The translations under genes were made by a program, and so were the position numbers. A DNA stretch of 64,000 nucleotides from Schmidtea polychroa. Its lineage: Eukaryota. Every line of letters begins with the position of its first letter. The first letter of the stretch is position 1. The stretch is from the NCBI GenBank assembly GCA_044892525.1, contig CM097885.1, forward strand, positions 9,364,001 to 9,428,000. The letters are read 5' to 3'. Below, piece after piece: positions 39,540 through 50,486 of the stretch. Below the pieces are notes generated by a model, which did no database searches, was not told where the DNA came from, and saw nothing but the letters and a program-made list of their open reading frames with translations.

Positions 39540-40630
39540 TTAAGAAATAGGAGAGTAATAAATTTTAGACCAGTTAATAGAAATCAGCAAATAACGGCAG
39601 AGATAAATAATTTACAAAATTTAAACGAGAATAATTTACTAAATAATAATGTGCCAGTAGCTCAACCACCAGCGGTAGATTTTATGAGATACCCAACAAT
39701 TCCGATTAAACCATTTAATGGAAACCCACGGGAGTTTCCAGAATTTATGTCCGAATATTTTCAGTTAGCCAGAGCATTAGGATTCCCGGAAACGGTAATG
39801 ATTTTGAGATTACCTTTATATTTAAAAGGGATGATGCGGGAAATATATAACGATGTTATAATAGTCGAGCATCCAGTAGAATGGAATGTATTACGATTAG
39901 CGTTACAAAACAGAATATTACCGGGGGATGCAACTAGAGTGCTGAGACAACAGTTTTATAACAGGCGACAAAATTCGGGTGCGCATGTTGGGGAATTTTC
40001 ATATCAGATAATGATGTTGGCAGAGAGAGCATTTGGTAATAGGGCAGCCTGGAATGATGCAACTAGAGCATTAGTGAAAGATCAGTTTTAGTCAGGGTTA
40101 TCGTCAGCAATGAGAATGCACTCAGTTTTCACATAGAAGATAATTTAGAGGAATTAACTCGCAAAGCGTGTTTAATTGAAAGTAGCATTGAAAAGTCAAA
40201 TAATTTTGCAATTAGTAGCAATAAGTCAGATATTGAGGGTTTTAATTGTCATAAAAAGGGACATATATCAAAAGATTGTAAAAGTAGGAATAATTCTCCA
40301 GGAGACAAATTATGTACCAAGTGTGGGAGAAATAATCATGTAGCATCAAACTGTAGAATTTCGGACCTAAATTGTGAGAAATGCAAGCGCAAGGGACATG
40401 TAGCGTCAGTTTGTAAAGCTAGTTTTGGGGGGGAATAATTCAAATAATAGCAATAATAGAAATAGAAGCCCCGATAGGAATTTTCGTGGTAAAAATAATA
40501 ATAATAATTTTCAAAGTAGAAATAATTATTTTAATAATAATATTAAAAGGGATGAAGTAAATTCGAGGGGGGTAAAATTAAATGTCATAAGTGTGGAAAA
40601 TTTGGTCATATTATGCGTTCTTGTCCACAA
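39540..40630 (+). pseudogene. Gag (capsid plus four CCHC-type zinc knuckles)
   Basis: PFNGNPREFPEF, RRQNSGAHVGEF (MHR-like), LVKDQF; (F)NCHKKGHISKDC (first Cys lost), CTKCGRNNHVASNC, CEKCKRKGHVASVC, CHKCGKFGHIMRSC; stops/frameshifts. Confidence 0.85.
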
Positions 40631-42589
40631 AATCAGTTATCTAATAACAATGGTAGTAGTAACAATGGTAATAATCGACCAAAGCAGACAACGTTTGCAG
40701 TGAATTCAGACCATAAATTAACATATTTGCAGCAGCTTGAATTAGAAATTCAAGAAGAGAGAAACAGGTTAGCAAGACTAACAACAAATGAAACTGATAG
40801 GTACGATGAAAATGAAGCTGTTTATATGACATCAGCCAGAAAAAGGCGAAATAAAAATAATTATGTAGAACTTGAAGTAATGATGCTTCAAGAGAGTCCA
40901 CGAGAGGACAAAAAGGAAAAGACTATGGTCATAGAACCAGAGGTCTGTGAGGGTTTAGAGGTTTCACCCAGGAAAAATCTAATGGCTATGGCCATGGAGC
41001 CAGAAGCCAACAGAGAAATAGAAGGTTTACCGGTTTCACCAGTTAAAAATCGTAAGGCTATGGACATGGATCCAATAGCTAATGTAATTGTTCCAACAGA
41101 AGTTTTGGAAAAAAGATGGGCTTCGGTCAGTGAGCCGGAAGTTCTTATAGCCACATCATCCATGCGAGGTGAGTGTGGTAGTGAACTAATAAAGGTTAGA
41201 GAAGCATCGAAAGAGGAAAGAAATCCCATCGATGACTGTAGAAAAGTATTATTACGCAAGAGTGTACGGCAAAGAGAAATGAGACAGAAATTAGAAAATA
41301 TTCGTTTAAACCCCGTTAATGAGAATGAGGTTGACAAAGTAATGGAAATCATATCAGAGTTAGATAGAAATGAGGAATATCATCCAGAATTGAGAGAAAT
41401 TCTGAGAAATATTGGCCTAAATTGGAAACAAAGAGAGAATCTGGAAGATTCTACAATTTTTGTATCTTTCCCAAAGGGTTGTTTTCGTAGATATACAATT
41501 AACCCAAGTGAAAAGGTAGAAGCATTGGCAAAGAGAGTTTCTGTGGTAAAACCTCAATTGAGATGCAAACTATATTTATTGGGAGAAAGATTATTAGAAG
41601 GAGAAACCCTGTTATATTGTGGTATACTACCAGGGAAAAATATGGTTATAAAAGCAAAGTTTCACAAGGAAACTGTTACAGTAGTGGACTTGGATAATGT
41701 CCTTACAATAAGCGAGATAGAAATTGATCAATTAAATCAAATATCAGCCGTACCACATAGATTGGGAATCGAGCTGATGAAAAACCCAAGAGATGGGGAA
41801 GCCATTAAGATGATAATGGATTGAATACTGGAGTTGTGAATCCCAGTAGATACTCTTAGAGAGATAATGCCATTGGTGGTGTCTTTAGTAAAAGAGACAT
41901 CACAATTCCAGACACAAGCAAAGATGCTGTTGATTAAAAATGGACATGCTATCAGACATTTGGAAGGTAGACAAGGTCCAGTGATGTTAGATATCAGGAT
42001 ACCCAGGAGAGGACACCTGATACAACAATTCTCATGTTATCATAGAGTAAAGAAACTGAGAAAAAGAATATCAGAAATAGTAAAAGAATCATTCCTAATA
42101 ATGATACATTGTTGTCAGGTGGATGACGACGAATTTCTAGTAGATGTTGGATGTTTTCCCAATGAGGAAACGGTTATATTAATATTACTGGTAGAGTTTC
42201 CAGAGGATCAATGGGCAACATTGAGATTGCCGGATAATGCTGAAATGGAGGATGAAACTGTACATCCCGAGCAAAAATAAGCAGATGGGGATATTCATCA
42301 AGAACCCGTAACTACAGTGGATTTAGATGAAGAGATAGATAAGTATCTCAAGGAACTTGATAACACTGAAGACGAGTTGGTCGAAATATTTCCAACAGAG
42401 GAAGACAATGAGGTACAATTAAATCGAAATGAAACAAACATCGGAGCTAGTACTTCGCGACAAGTCGAGTCACCAAGAGTGAGCCCGAAGTTAGTCGAGA
42501 ATAAAAAGAGAAAGGAGAGAAGGGGTAGACCGAGGAAAAGTCAAATGAACCCACCTCCAAGAGAACTTCTAAAACCAGTTACTGATTGA
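40613..42589 (+). pseudogene. Gag-extension polyprotein with two ubiquitin-like domains and an AT-hook
   Basis: Three same-frame ORFs separated only by stops; TIFVSFPKG..YTINPSEKVEAL...LYLLGERLLEGETLLYCGI (Ubl ~41453-41662); weaker second Ubl ~41981-42193; RRGRPRK. Confidence 0.6.
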
Positions 42590-42599
42590 TATCATCGAA

Positions 42600-43442
42600 G
42601 TGAATTTCGGAACATGGATAACTGAGCACAAGTTTTGGGATATCAAAGAAGCGAAAGGAAAATATGAGTTAAATGAGGAGTTGTTGACAGAAAATATTTC
42701 AAGTAGTCCAAGGGGAACAGGTGGATTTACTAGCTGGATGATGATGTTGTTAGTAATGATGGGAATATTGCGACAGACAAATTCCCTAACGGCATATGAT
42801 TGTAATAAACCAATACTATCGCGAATCTACTCATTAGTAGACACAGTGGAATGCAAGGAAGCATATCCAAATAAAGTTGCAAAAAGGGAAGACGTGGAAT
42901 ATCATGTTTATCAACAAACAGAGTTTTACAGAACCAGAGTGAGGGAATGTCGAATACAGAGAGCGACGTTTGAATATTATTGTGGATCAAGTAGTTATTC
43001 GGCATTTTTAGGAGCTAAACTCATTCCTATACCGTTAATCATCCCACCAGAGGATTGTATAAATGCTTTTTGGTCAAAAACAGTTAAAATAGATCATGAG
43101 GTAACAATTACCGCAGAAGAAGGGAAAAAGTTGGGTATAACTATTACCCAGGGAGGACCGATAGCAGATGATGGTTCTTGTCATGGTAGAAAGAAAGTAA
43201 GAGGTTCTAATGTAGTAAGCTATGTGGTAACAGTTGAGGACTACACAGTAGAGCTGATCGAGTACGAAGGAACTTTCGAAGTATCCACGGGAAAAATGAT
43301 GTCGCATCCAGAATGCACCGTGAAATATGGTTATTGTAAAACCAGTTTGGCAGTATTAACGTACCAATCAATGAGAGATTTTTGTGATTTGGGATACCTG
43401 AAAAAGGTAGTATTTTCAAGGCTAGATGGGAATCAGTGCTGA
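42600..43442 (+). pseudogene. Envelope glycoprotein N-terminal half, chuvirus-G-like (3'-truncated)
   Basis: Hydrophobic signal WMMMLLVMMGILRQTNS, then LTAYDC..YSLVDTVEC..VRECRIQR..YYCG..DC..DDGSCHG cysteine pattern. Confidence 0.7.
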
Positions 43443-43775
43443 AGACCATTCTGAGTTTGAATGTTTTACTATATTGTTTTTCAACAGTTCGTTAAATATA
43501 TTTTTTGTGATTTCTATTTTTTTGGGATCCAATGGTCTTACTTTTGAGTGGACTGGGTTTCCGTTTGTCAGTATTGCGTGTTCAGTAATGTGGTTTGAAT
43601 TTCCATCGAAAGTTACTGGTTCGCAGAGTTTATCGTATTTTGCCAGTAGTGTGACTATTTCTGGTACGTGTTCAATAGTTTTGATTGTTTTGATAGTTGG
43701 TGTACTTGTTTGAATAACGCCGATGTCTACTTTCGACAAGTTTGATGTTGTGTTTCTGGCTGTTTCTTTGTCTAT

Positions 43776-44165
43776 TTAGTTGTTTTCGACTATTTTCTTG
43801 TTTCGGCAGTCCACTATTAGGTTGTAATTTGCTAGAAAGTCAGCCCCGATTATTGACTGTTGTACTTCTGCAATTGTGAATGGCCAATTGTATTTTTTTG
43901 AATTTATTGTGAGTGTTATTGTATGTTGACCAAATGTTTTAATTTTGGAGCCATTGGCAGCGGTTAGTGATTTTTCTGTAGTTTTTGCATTTTTGTATAA
44001 GTAGTGTGGTAATAGGGAGATCACGGAACCTGTGTCGATTAGAAAGTCTGTATTGTTTGAATGCACCGTGAAAGTATTATTATTGTCACCAAATGTGGGT
44101 GCTATCAATGGTGACATTTTTAGTTTTCCTGCTCTGTTTTGTGGAATTCGCAGGGTTTTATGCAT
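43776..44165 (-). CDS. Retroviral aspartic protease
   Basis: FLIDTGSVISL, LTAANGSKI, IIGADFL. Confidence 0.85.
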   Translation of the reverse strand: MHKTLRIPQNRAGKLKMSPLIAPTFGDNNNTFTVHSNNTDFLIDTGSVISLLPHYLYKNAKTTEKSLTAANGSKIKTFGQHTITLTINSKKYNWPFTIAEVQQSIIGADFLANYNLIVDCRNKKIVENN

Positions 44166-45298
44166 TTATATGCTTTGTCGCCGAATTGGTTATGAAAGTA
44201 GCAGTGGTTTTTGTTTAGGAAATCTTTTCTTGAATCCCTTTCTGGGCTACTGTTTCGGTAATTGTTGTATCGGTTTGGTGAGTTTGACCGGTTTCTGCAG
44301 TGTCCGTTTGGGGATTGTCTGTGGCTGTAGTTCTGTCTGTTGTTTCCTTTGGGTGGTCGGTCATAGTTTTGTCTGTTATGATTGTATGATAGTTGGTCTG
44401 TGTTGAAATTGTTTCTGTTGAATAGGTCTCTGTTTTCGTTTGGATTGAAGTTTTGCCTGTTGTATTTCTCTTTTATTTCGGCTAGTTCTGCTTCTATTTT
44501 TCTGTTTTCGACAATTATTTCGTCGAATTTGCTGATCAAGGTGTTTATTAATCGATTGGTTGTTTCATTTGGTTCGGAGTTTTTGTTGATTGGTTGGTTG
44601 TTGTGATTAGTTTTATTTCTGTTGTAGTTTTGGGTAATACAGGTTGTGGGGTAGATTTCTTCGTTTATTTTATCCGCAATGTCAGCGAGTGTTTCGACGT
44701 CAGCGTTACTGTTAGCGGCTAGGATTCGTCTAATTTCCGCTGGCATAGCACGCATGAAGAATTCTTTCACCAATTTGTTGGAACCGGAGTTTGTTATGTT
44801 TGGTTGTAGATACTCCAGTTTTTGTTTCGATTGTCGTAGGAAATCTGTGGGCTTGTTGTCCCCTAACTGTGTATTGTTGAGGCATGACTCTAGCATTTGC
44901 CTTCTGTTGACCTTGTTTTTGTTGGTCAATATGTTACACAGTTTGGTAAAAGGGTCGTCGTCTTTTGATATTTCATCGATTTGATCGGCGATTTCGTTTA
45001 ATTTGTTGCTTGGTAGTGCTGCTATTATGTTGGAGCATAGGGATTTTGTTGACTTAACTCCCGATAGCGTTAGGATTAGTTTCGCGAATTCTAACCATTT
45101 TTGCGGTGTTCCGTTGTCATCTGTGAAATAGTTGGGGATATTTGTTTTTGGGTTGATTATTGAATTAATGGTATGTGTGTTTTCTGGGTTGGTGTTTGGG
45201 TTGTAGTAGTAATTTGTGCTTTCAGGTGTTTGAGTATTATCGTAGTTGTTTGGTATTTGTGGAATATTTGTTGGATTTGTTTGATTTGAAGCCATCAA
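44120..45298 (-). CDS. Gypsy Gag, 392 aa, intact ORF
   Basis: LGDNKPTDFL, FMRAMPAEIRRIL, LADIADKI, CYFHNQFGDKAYKC.KPC. Confidence 0.85.
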   Translation of the reverse strand: MMASNQTNPTNIPQIPNNYDNTQTPESTNYYYNPNTNPENTHTINSIINPKTNIPNYFTDDNGTPQKWLEFAKLILTLSGVKSTKSLCSNIIAALPSNKLNEIADQIDEISKDDDPFTKLCNILTNKNKVNRRQMLESCLNNTQLGDNKPTDFLRQSKQKLEYLQPNITNSGSNKLVKEFFMRAMPAEIRRILAANSNADVETLADIADKINEEIYPTTCITQNYNRNKTNHNNQPINKNSEPNETTNRLINTLISKFDEIIVENRKIEAELAEIKEKYNRQNFNPNENRDLFNRNNFNTDQLSYNHNRQNYDRPPKGNNRQNYSHRQSPNGHCRNRSNSPNRYNNYRNSSPERDSRKDFLNKNHCYFHNQFGDKAYKCIKPCEFHKTEQEN

Positions 45299-45714
45299 TT
45301 GTTTTGTTGCTGTTTTTTTATTGTTTGTTGTGCAAAAAAAATAGTGGTTTGTTTGAAGGATATGGCCTACTGTGTTCGGCCAACAGTGTCACTAGCCTTT
45401 ATAGTTCTATAATAACTATACTGAAAGGTTTCGTGATTGAAAGAAGACGTCGAATGCGAGTGTCGTGTTGTGTTTGCTTTGCTTCTGACACCAATTGTTA
45501 AGTGGTAGGTTTAATAAAATAATTGATGGAGTAGTATGTTTGGTAAGAAAATTGATGGGCCCGAAAGAGTCTCCGTTAAAACATGTGGCGGGACAATCAG
45601 GGTGCAGGCTGTGTTATGTGATTCAACAAAAAATAATAAAAACAAAATTAATATTTAACAATATTCAATTATTATAATAGCAAAATAAAAATAATCGTAC
45701 TTGGGTCAGCTAGT

Positions 45715-45940
45715 TATTCAGTTCTTAATATAATTTCTTTAATCAGCTTCTTAATATAATTCCTTTAATCAGTTTCTTAATATAATTTCTTTAATCGTTT
45801 CTTAATATAATTTCTTTAATCAGTTTCTTAATATAATTTCTTTAATCATTTCTTAATATAATTTTTTTAATCATTTCTTAATATAATTTCTTTAATCGTT
45901 TCTTAATATATTTTCTTTAATCGTTTCTTAATATAATTGG
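45715..45940. repeat. Minisatellite (~25-27 bp unit) inside the LTR
   Basis: TTTCTTAATATAATTTCTTTAATC(A/G) x ~8. Confidence 0.9.
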
Positions 45941-47255
45941 TTTAGCTTTCGAACTTTCTAATAGAAGTTTTTTAAACTATATCATTAATCATTTTTTTCT
46001 TTCGATTTTTGTATTTCCTATAGGGATAATTTACTATGGTAAATTATCGCTATATAGTTTTTTTTTTGAGAATCTGGATTTCCGAGATGGTGGCATTTTA
46101 TATTTTAGTGTTCACAATTCCTGATTGTGAACACTAAAATATTAACAAAAATAGCTGTACATTACAGCGTTGATGTTTTGATTTTCGGCGTGCTCGCCAG
46201 TTAAATCCATCTTTAAATCCATTTTAAATTTCTCAGCAAAAATCTTGAAACCAACAATAAATATTTAATCAAAGAATTTATAAATAAAAAGTTTTTAATT
46301 TTTCACAAAAACCGCCAACTCCAATTATTAAAACAAAAAGATATGTAACTTGCACGTTAAGTTTTTCTAATTTTTCTATACTGGAAAAATCATATTCTAA
46401 CTTGTTATGGAATATTTTGCAAAAAATTATTTATATTCGTAAGTATTTTGTATGTTTCAAATGTTACATTATTCTGTCAGAGCGAAAATTACATGCATGT
46501 ATATTATTTTTTAGATTTTAGTGAAATATTTAGAAAATTTAATTAATAAACTTAAATAACAAATATTTTTAAAATTTATGAAATGTTAAATTTTTTCTTT
46601 TTCGCTAAATTAGATAAATTAGTTAGATAAATTTTTAAGTTTGAAAATATTTTGTATTTGGTAAATTTTAAACAGTAAATTTAAATTTCAGAATCCATTT
46701 ATATTTTTAAACGAGTAAAAAAAGATTTTTATCGAATGTTTTTTTTTACAAAAACTTTGAAATTAAACGAATAAAAGCTACATGAGTAAGTCCTTAATCA
46801 CGGTTGATGATATTTGTACTTAGTATAATATGAAATTATGAGCGTTTATTGAATTATTATATTATCACTAATTATTTATAACAATTTGCAAACACATTAA
46901 ATTAATTAAAATCATTAAAATATTTTTAATAAATTTTATTTTTGGAGAATATATTTTCAGTTATCATTATACTAACCCAGTATTGTATTACGTGCATTAT
47001 ACTTTTCATTCAATAAAAAATTGCTAAATATTACTTTAAAGCTTATAACTTTAAAAAATTTTATTTAGAAAATGGATAAATTTTAATAAAAAAAATAACT
47101 TTGAATTAACTATATTCTTAAAATATCAAAATTAATTTATAAGCAATATATAATATTTATTGTTAGTTTTGTAAAGTAATTTGTTTTAATATTTGTTTTA
47201 AATAAGGTTTTTTTAAATATCTTTTTTTTACTTTATTTACAATTTTACAAACATT

Positions 47256-48576
47256 ATGACTACTTATGATCCCAATGGAAATAACTGGGTTGCTAGTGAT
47301 AGCATGGGGAAGCGACTTTTAATTAAAGCAGGTTGGTCTAGTGGTGAAGGTTTAGGTAAATACAAACAAGGTTCTAATGTTCACATAAAGGTTGATTCAT
47401 AATTATTTTATAAAATGTTATATTATTTTAGGTATCATTAAAAAATGAAAAAGACGGAATAGGATTGAAATCGGGTAAACGTGAAAATGATTTAAGTCTT
47501 ATGCAATGTTTTACATTTGACAATATTTTAAAGTCGAAATATGGGAAATCTACTGAAACTAATGATGAAGAAGAAAAGCAAATGGAACGAGGATTATCTC
47601 GTGCAAGATTTGGTAGAGCAGTTCCAAAGGAATTTTTTAATCCAGTTGCATCAGATGATTTAAATAAAATTCTCTGTAAATCAAAAGTTGACAAGAAATC
47701 TGAGCTTCCAGTGAATAACACAGAAAAAATTACCAGTGAAGGAAATGCAAATTTTTTTAGTTCATATACTGTTTTTGAATATTTTTCGATGAAAATGAAG
47801 TCGTCTAATATTAAATTGGACAATCTTAATGGATTTATTTTTAATAAATTAGATAGTGTACAAAACTTAAAACAATCTGATACAAATGACTTAGAAAACA
47901 ATGAAGATAAAAAACATGATTCACCAGTAGACAACATGGATTTAAGTAAAACCGAGGATTTATTAACAACCGAAAATGTTTCCATTATTAAGAAAAAGTC
48001 TGAAAAGGTTGATGAGAATTTATCAGAAAATATTGCAAAGAATAAAAGAAAATCTTTAAAATCAAAGAATAAATCTCTTACAGAAGGAAATGAGTTGGAT
48101 TCAGAAATATCTAAGATTTCCAAATCAAAGAAGAAACTCGAATTTTCTAATTTAGAATTTGAAATTACAAGTGGCGAAAAATCAAATAAACACGATGAAA
48201 CTATCTGCATGGAAATCGATAACAAAATATCCCAACAAATAATTTCAGACCTTGAAAAAAATTTCATTAACAAATCATCCAAGAAAAAATCGAAAAAACG
48301 AAAATTATCCGATTCCAAATCCGAAAATAAAAAATGTAAAAAAAATCTTTCGGTTACTTTAGCCAGTTCGGAAGATGACGTAGCCAAAAACAATTTGGTC
48401 ACACAATTTTCAGCTAGCCTTAACAAATCATCCGTAAATGATTCTATAGAAATTATTGAGGATCGTTAGTTACACAAAATAATTTTAAATGACTTTTAAT
48501 ATTTTGTTTTTTAGATAGCTTTTGTCCCTGGAACACAAGCAATGTCAATGAAATTGAGGGCTACAAATATTATTAA
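47256..48576 (+). CDS. PINX1: PinX1/Gno1-like G-patch protein (3 exons: 47256-47390, 47432-48464, 48515-48576)
   Basis: DPNGNNWVASDSMGKRLLIKAGWSSGEGLGKYKQG..HIK|VSLKNEKDGIG G-patch; FDNILK, DDLNKIL, YTVFEYF; K-rich tail; 41- and 50-nt GT-AG introns keep frame. Confidence 0.78.
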
Positions 48577-49870
48577 TGCTGTTTTTTTAATAAATCGGGT
48601 CTTTCGTTTTTGAAATGCGCTTTTTTAATATTTAATATTTGCTAATTATTTCAGTAATTATAATTTAAGGTCAAATGAATATTTAAACAAAATGCAATAT
48701 GAGAGTTAGTAAAAATCTATTAGTTAAAATTAATTTTAATATTTTTTTGTAGTGTTAAATAAAAATGATCTTTTTAGATTATGGGTTTCATAATAAAATA
48801 AAATAAGCTTTTTAACACAATAGAGTTTACTAAATGATATTTCACTCTTTCTAGTTTTTATTAGAAATTGTTTATTTTTAGATACTAATTTTCGATGTGA
48901 TTTACAAATATTTTGAGAGTACAGGTGCTGCTCTAGAGTGTAAAAGAAAATAGATAACTGATTTGAACACAAGCACATACAAATTTTAAAGTAATATTTT
49001 AAGGGGACAGAGAAACAAACGACTATAAATTATTTTAATGTTCTTATTGTATTGCCATAATTTCCTAACGGTTATGTATTTTTAGTTACGTTCTTTCTGC
49101 CGTTTTATTAAGTCGATAATAATAAAGTTAAATGCTTAAAAATCGATTCAAGTCTGAACAAAAATGTTTTTTTCTAGTAAATCTGTAGAGAAAGCTGCCA
49201 CAAATCGAATGGGGCATGAAACTTTGAAATCGTCCAAGTAGTTTCTCGAGAAATTGTAAAGGATTCCTTCATTGATTTTTTTCTTGTAAAGCATTAGGAA
49301 ATGTTTGTAAGTTGGTGTGAATCGAATGAGCTATAACATTTTGAAAATGGTCAAGTAGATTTCTTTGAAATCAAGAAAAGAAAAATATTTAAAGTGGGGG
49401 ATAAAAATTTAAAGAAGGTTTGTTTTATTAGAGGGTTGTCATTTTCCATTTGGTACAACGGCCTCACTAATTACTAATTATCTACACTATTTAGTACTGA
49501 TGTAATGCAAAAGATTCGTTTGCTTTTTACTACTAATTATGATTTTGTTTGGTGCTAAAATAACTCAGATAAAGCAGTATGTATGTAGGTATTAATTTTC
49601 GAGTATTTTATCAAAAATTGAAACTAGAATGACTGTGCCACCGAAAACCTTTTATAAATACACAGAATCTTTGTATTATGGTGATAAGCAAATTATTTAA
49701 ATTAATTGATAAAGCAGACCGCCAAAGAATTATAAACATTCAGAAATATATGTCAGAGAATCAAAATCAAAACGTGATAAAAAAGTTAACAAAGAATATA
49801 TAAATATTAGAAGGTTTTGACAAACACACTTTTTTTTATTTAATTTAAAGTCTAACTCAGGGGTGGGGAA

Positions 49871-50227
49871 CAATGTTCCCTCTAAGCCATAAGCAGCAGT
49901 GCGCGCAAAGTCAGCTGCGCTGAGCAGCCTTTAAATACAAATGAGCGTTAAAATGCTATAATGTGGTTGTAAGTGTTTTAAAACGACACTACTGAAATAT
50001 ACCGTTATTATGCATCTGGTTATTAACATTGAAAATTTTTAAATATTCAAAATGAACCACATAATAATATTGAGTATCAAAAATTCGTAATGTTTAATAA
50101 TAAATATGTTAATTGGAAGGTGAAGATAAAATAAAAAATAAAGTATACTGCGCTGAAAATAATTTTGCTGCGCTGGGGTGTTGGAGGTGTTGCGCGCGCG
50201 CACGCACGCAGCTTAGAGGGAACGTTG
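49871..50227. mobile_element. hAT-type MITE nested in the TIR of another hAT-type element (starts 49858)
   Basis: TIRs CAATGTTCCCTCTAAGC / GCTTAGAGGGAACGTTG; perfect 8-bp TSD GTGGGGAA. Confidence 0.88.
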
Positions 50228-50486
50228 GTGGGGAACCTTTTGATTTCCATAGGCCACATTGAAATTTTTCGCTTCCTAAAGAGGCCGCAGTCAAAATGTA
50301 TTTTAACATTAATTAATTTCATTTTAAAACTTTTGTTTATATACAGTTAGTAATTAAAACAATATTTATAATCAGTCTACAGATTAGTTTTACTACAAAA
50401 ACCAATGTTGGTTATAGTGACGATATTTAAATTGATATATTGTTTAAATATTCAGATTTGATAATAAATAGATATTTGAAAATAAC

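Larger units (their letters stand above)
38420..43435 (+). mobile_element. LTR retroelement 5' part: LTR-PBS-gag-Ubl-Ubl-envelope glycoprotein (3'-truncated)
   Basis: LTR TGTTA...TAACA 38420-39456; PBS TGGTGAGCTCGACGTGAT (tRNA-Trp-like); gag with four CCHC-type knuckles; glycoprotein ORF. Confidence 0.85.
43432..46166 (-). mobile_element. Gypsy LTR retrotransposon 5' part (LTR, PBS, gag, protease, RT start), truncated
   Basis: LTR 46166-45496 (TGTAATGTACAG...TTAACA); PBS TGGTGTCAGAAG (tRNA-Leu-type) 45493-45482; gag, protease and RT N-terminus (EHAILT.GNPV..VRPL, SEWSSAL). Confidence 0.9.

Noticed and set aside
47428..48426. 332-aa minus-strand ORF
   Set aside because: Antisense shadow of the K/E/S-rich PinX1-like exon
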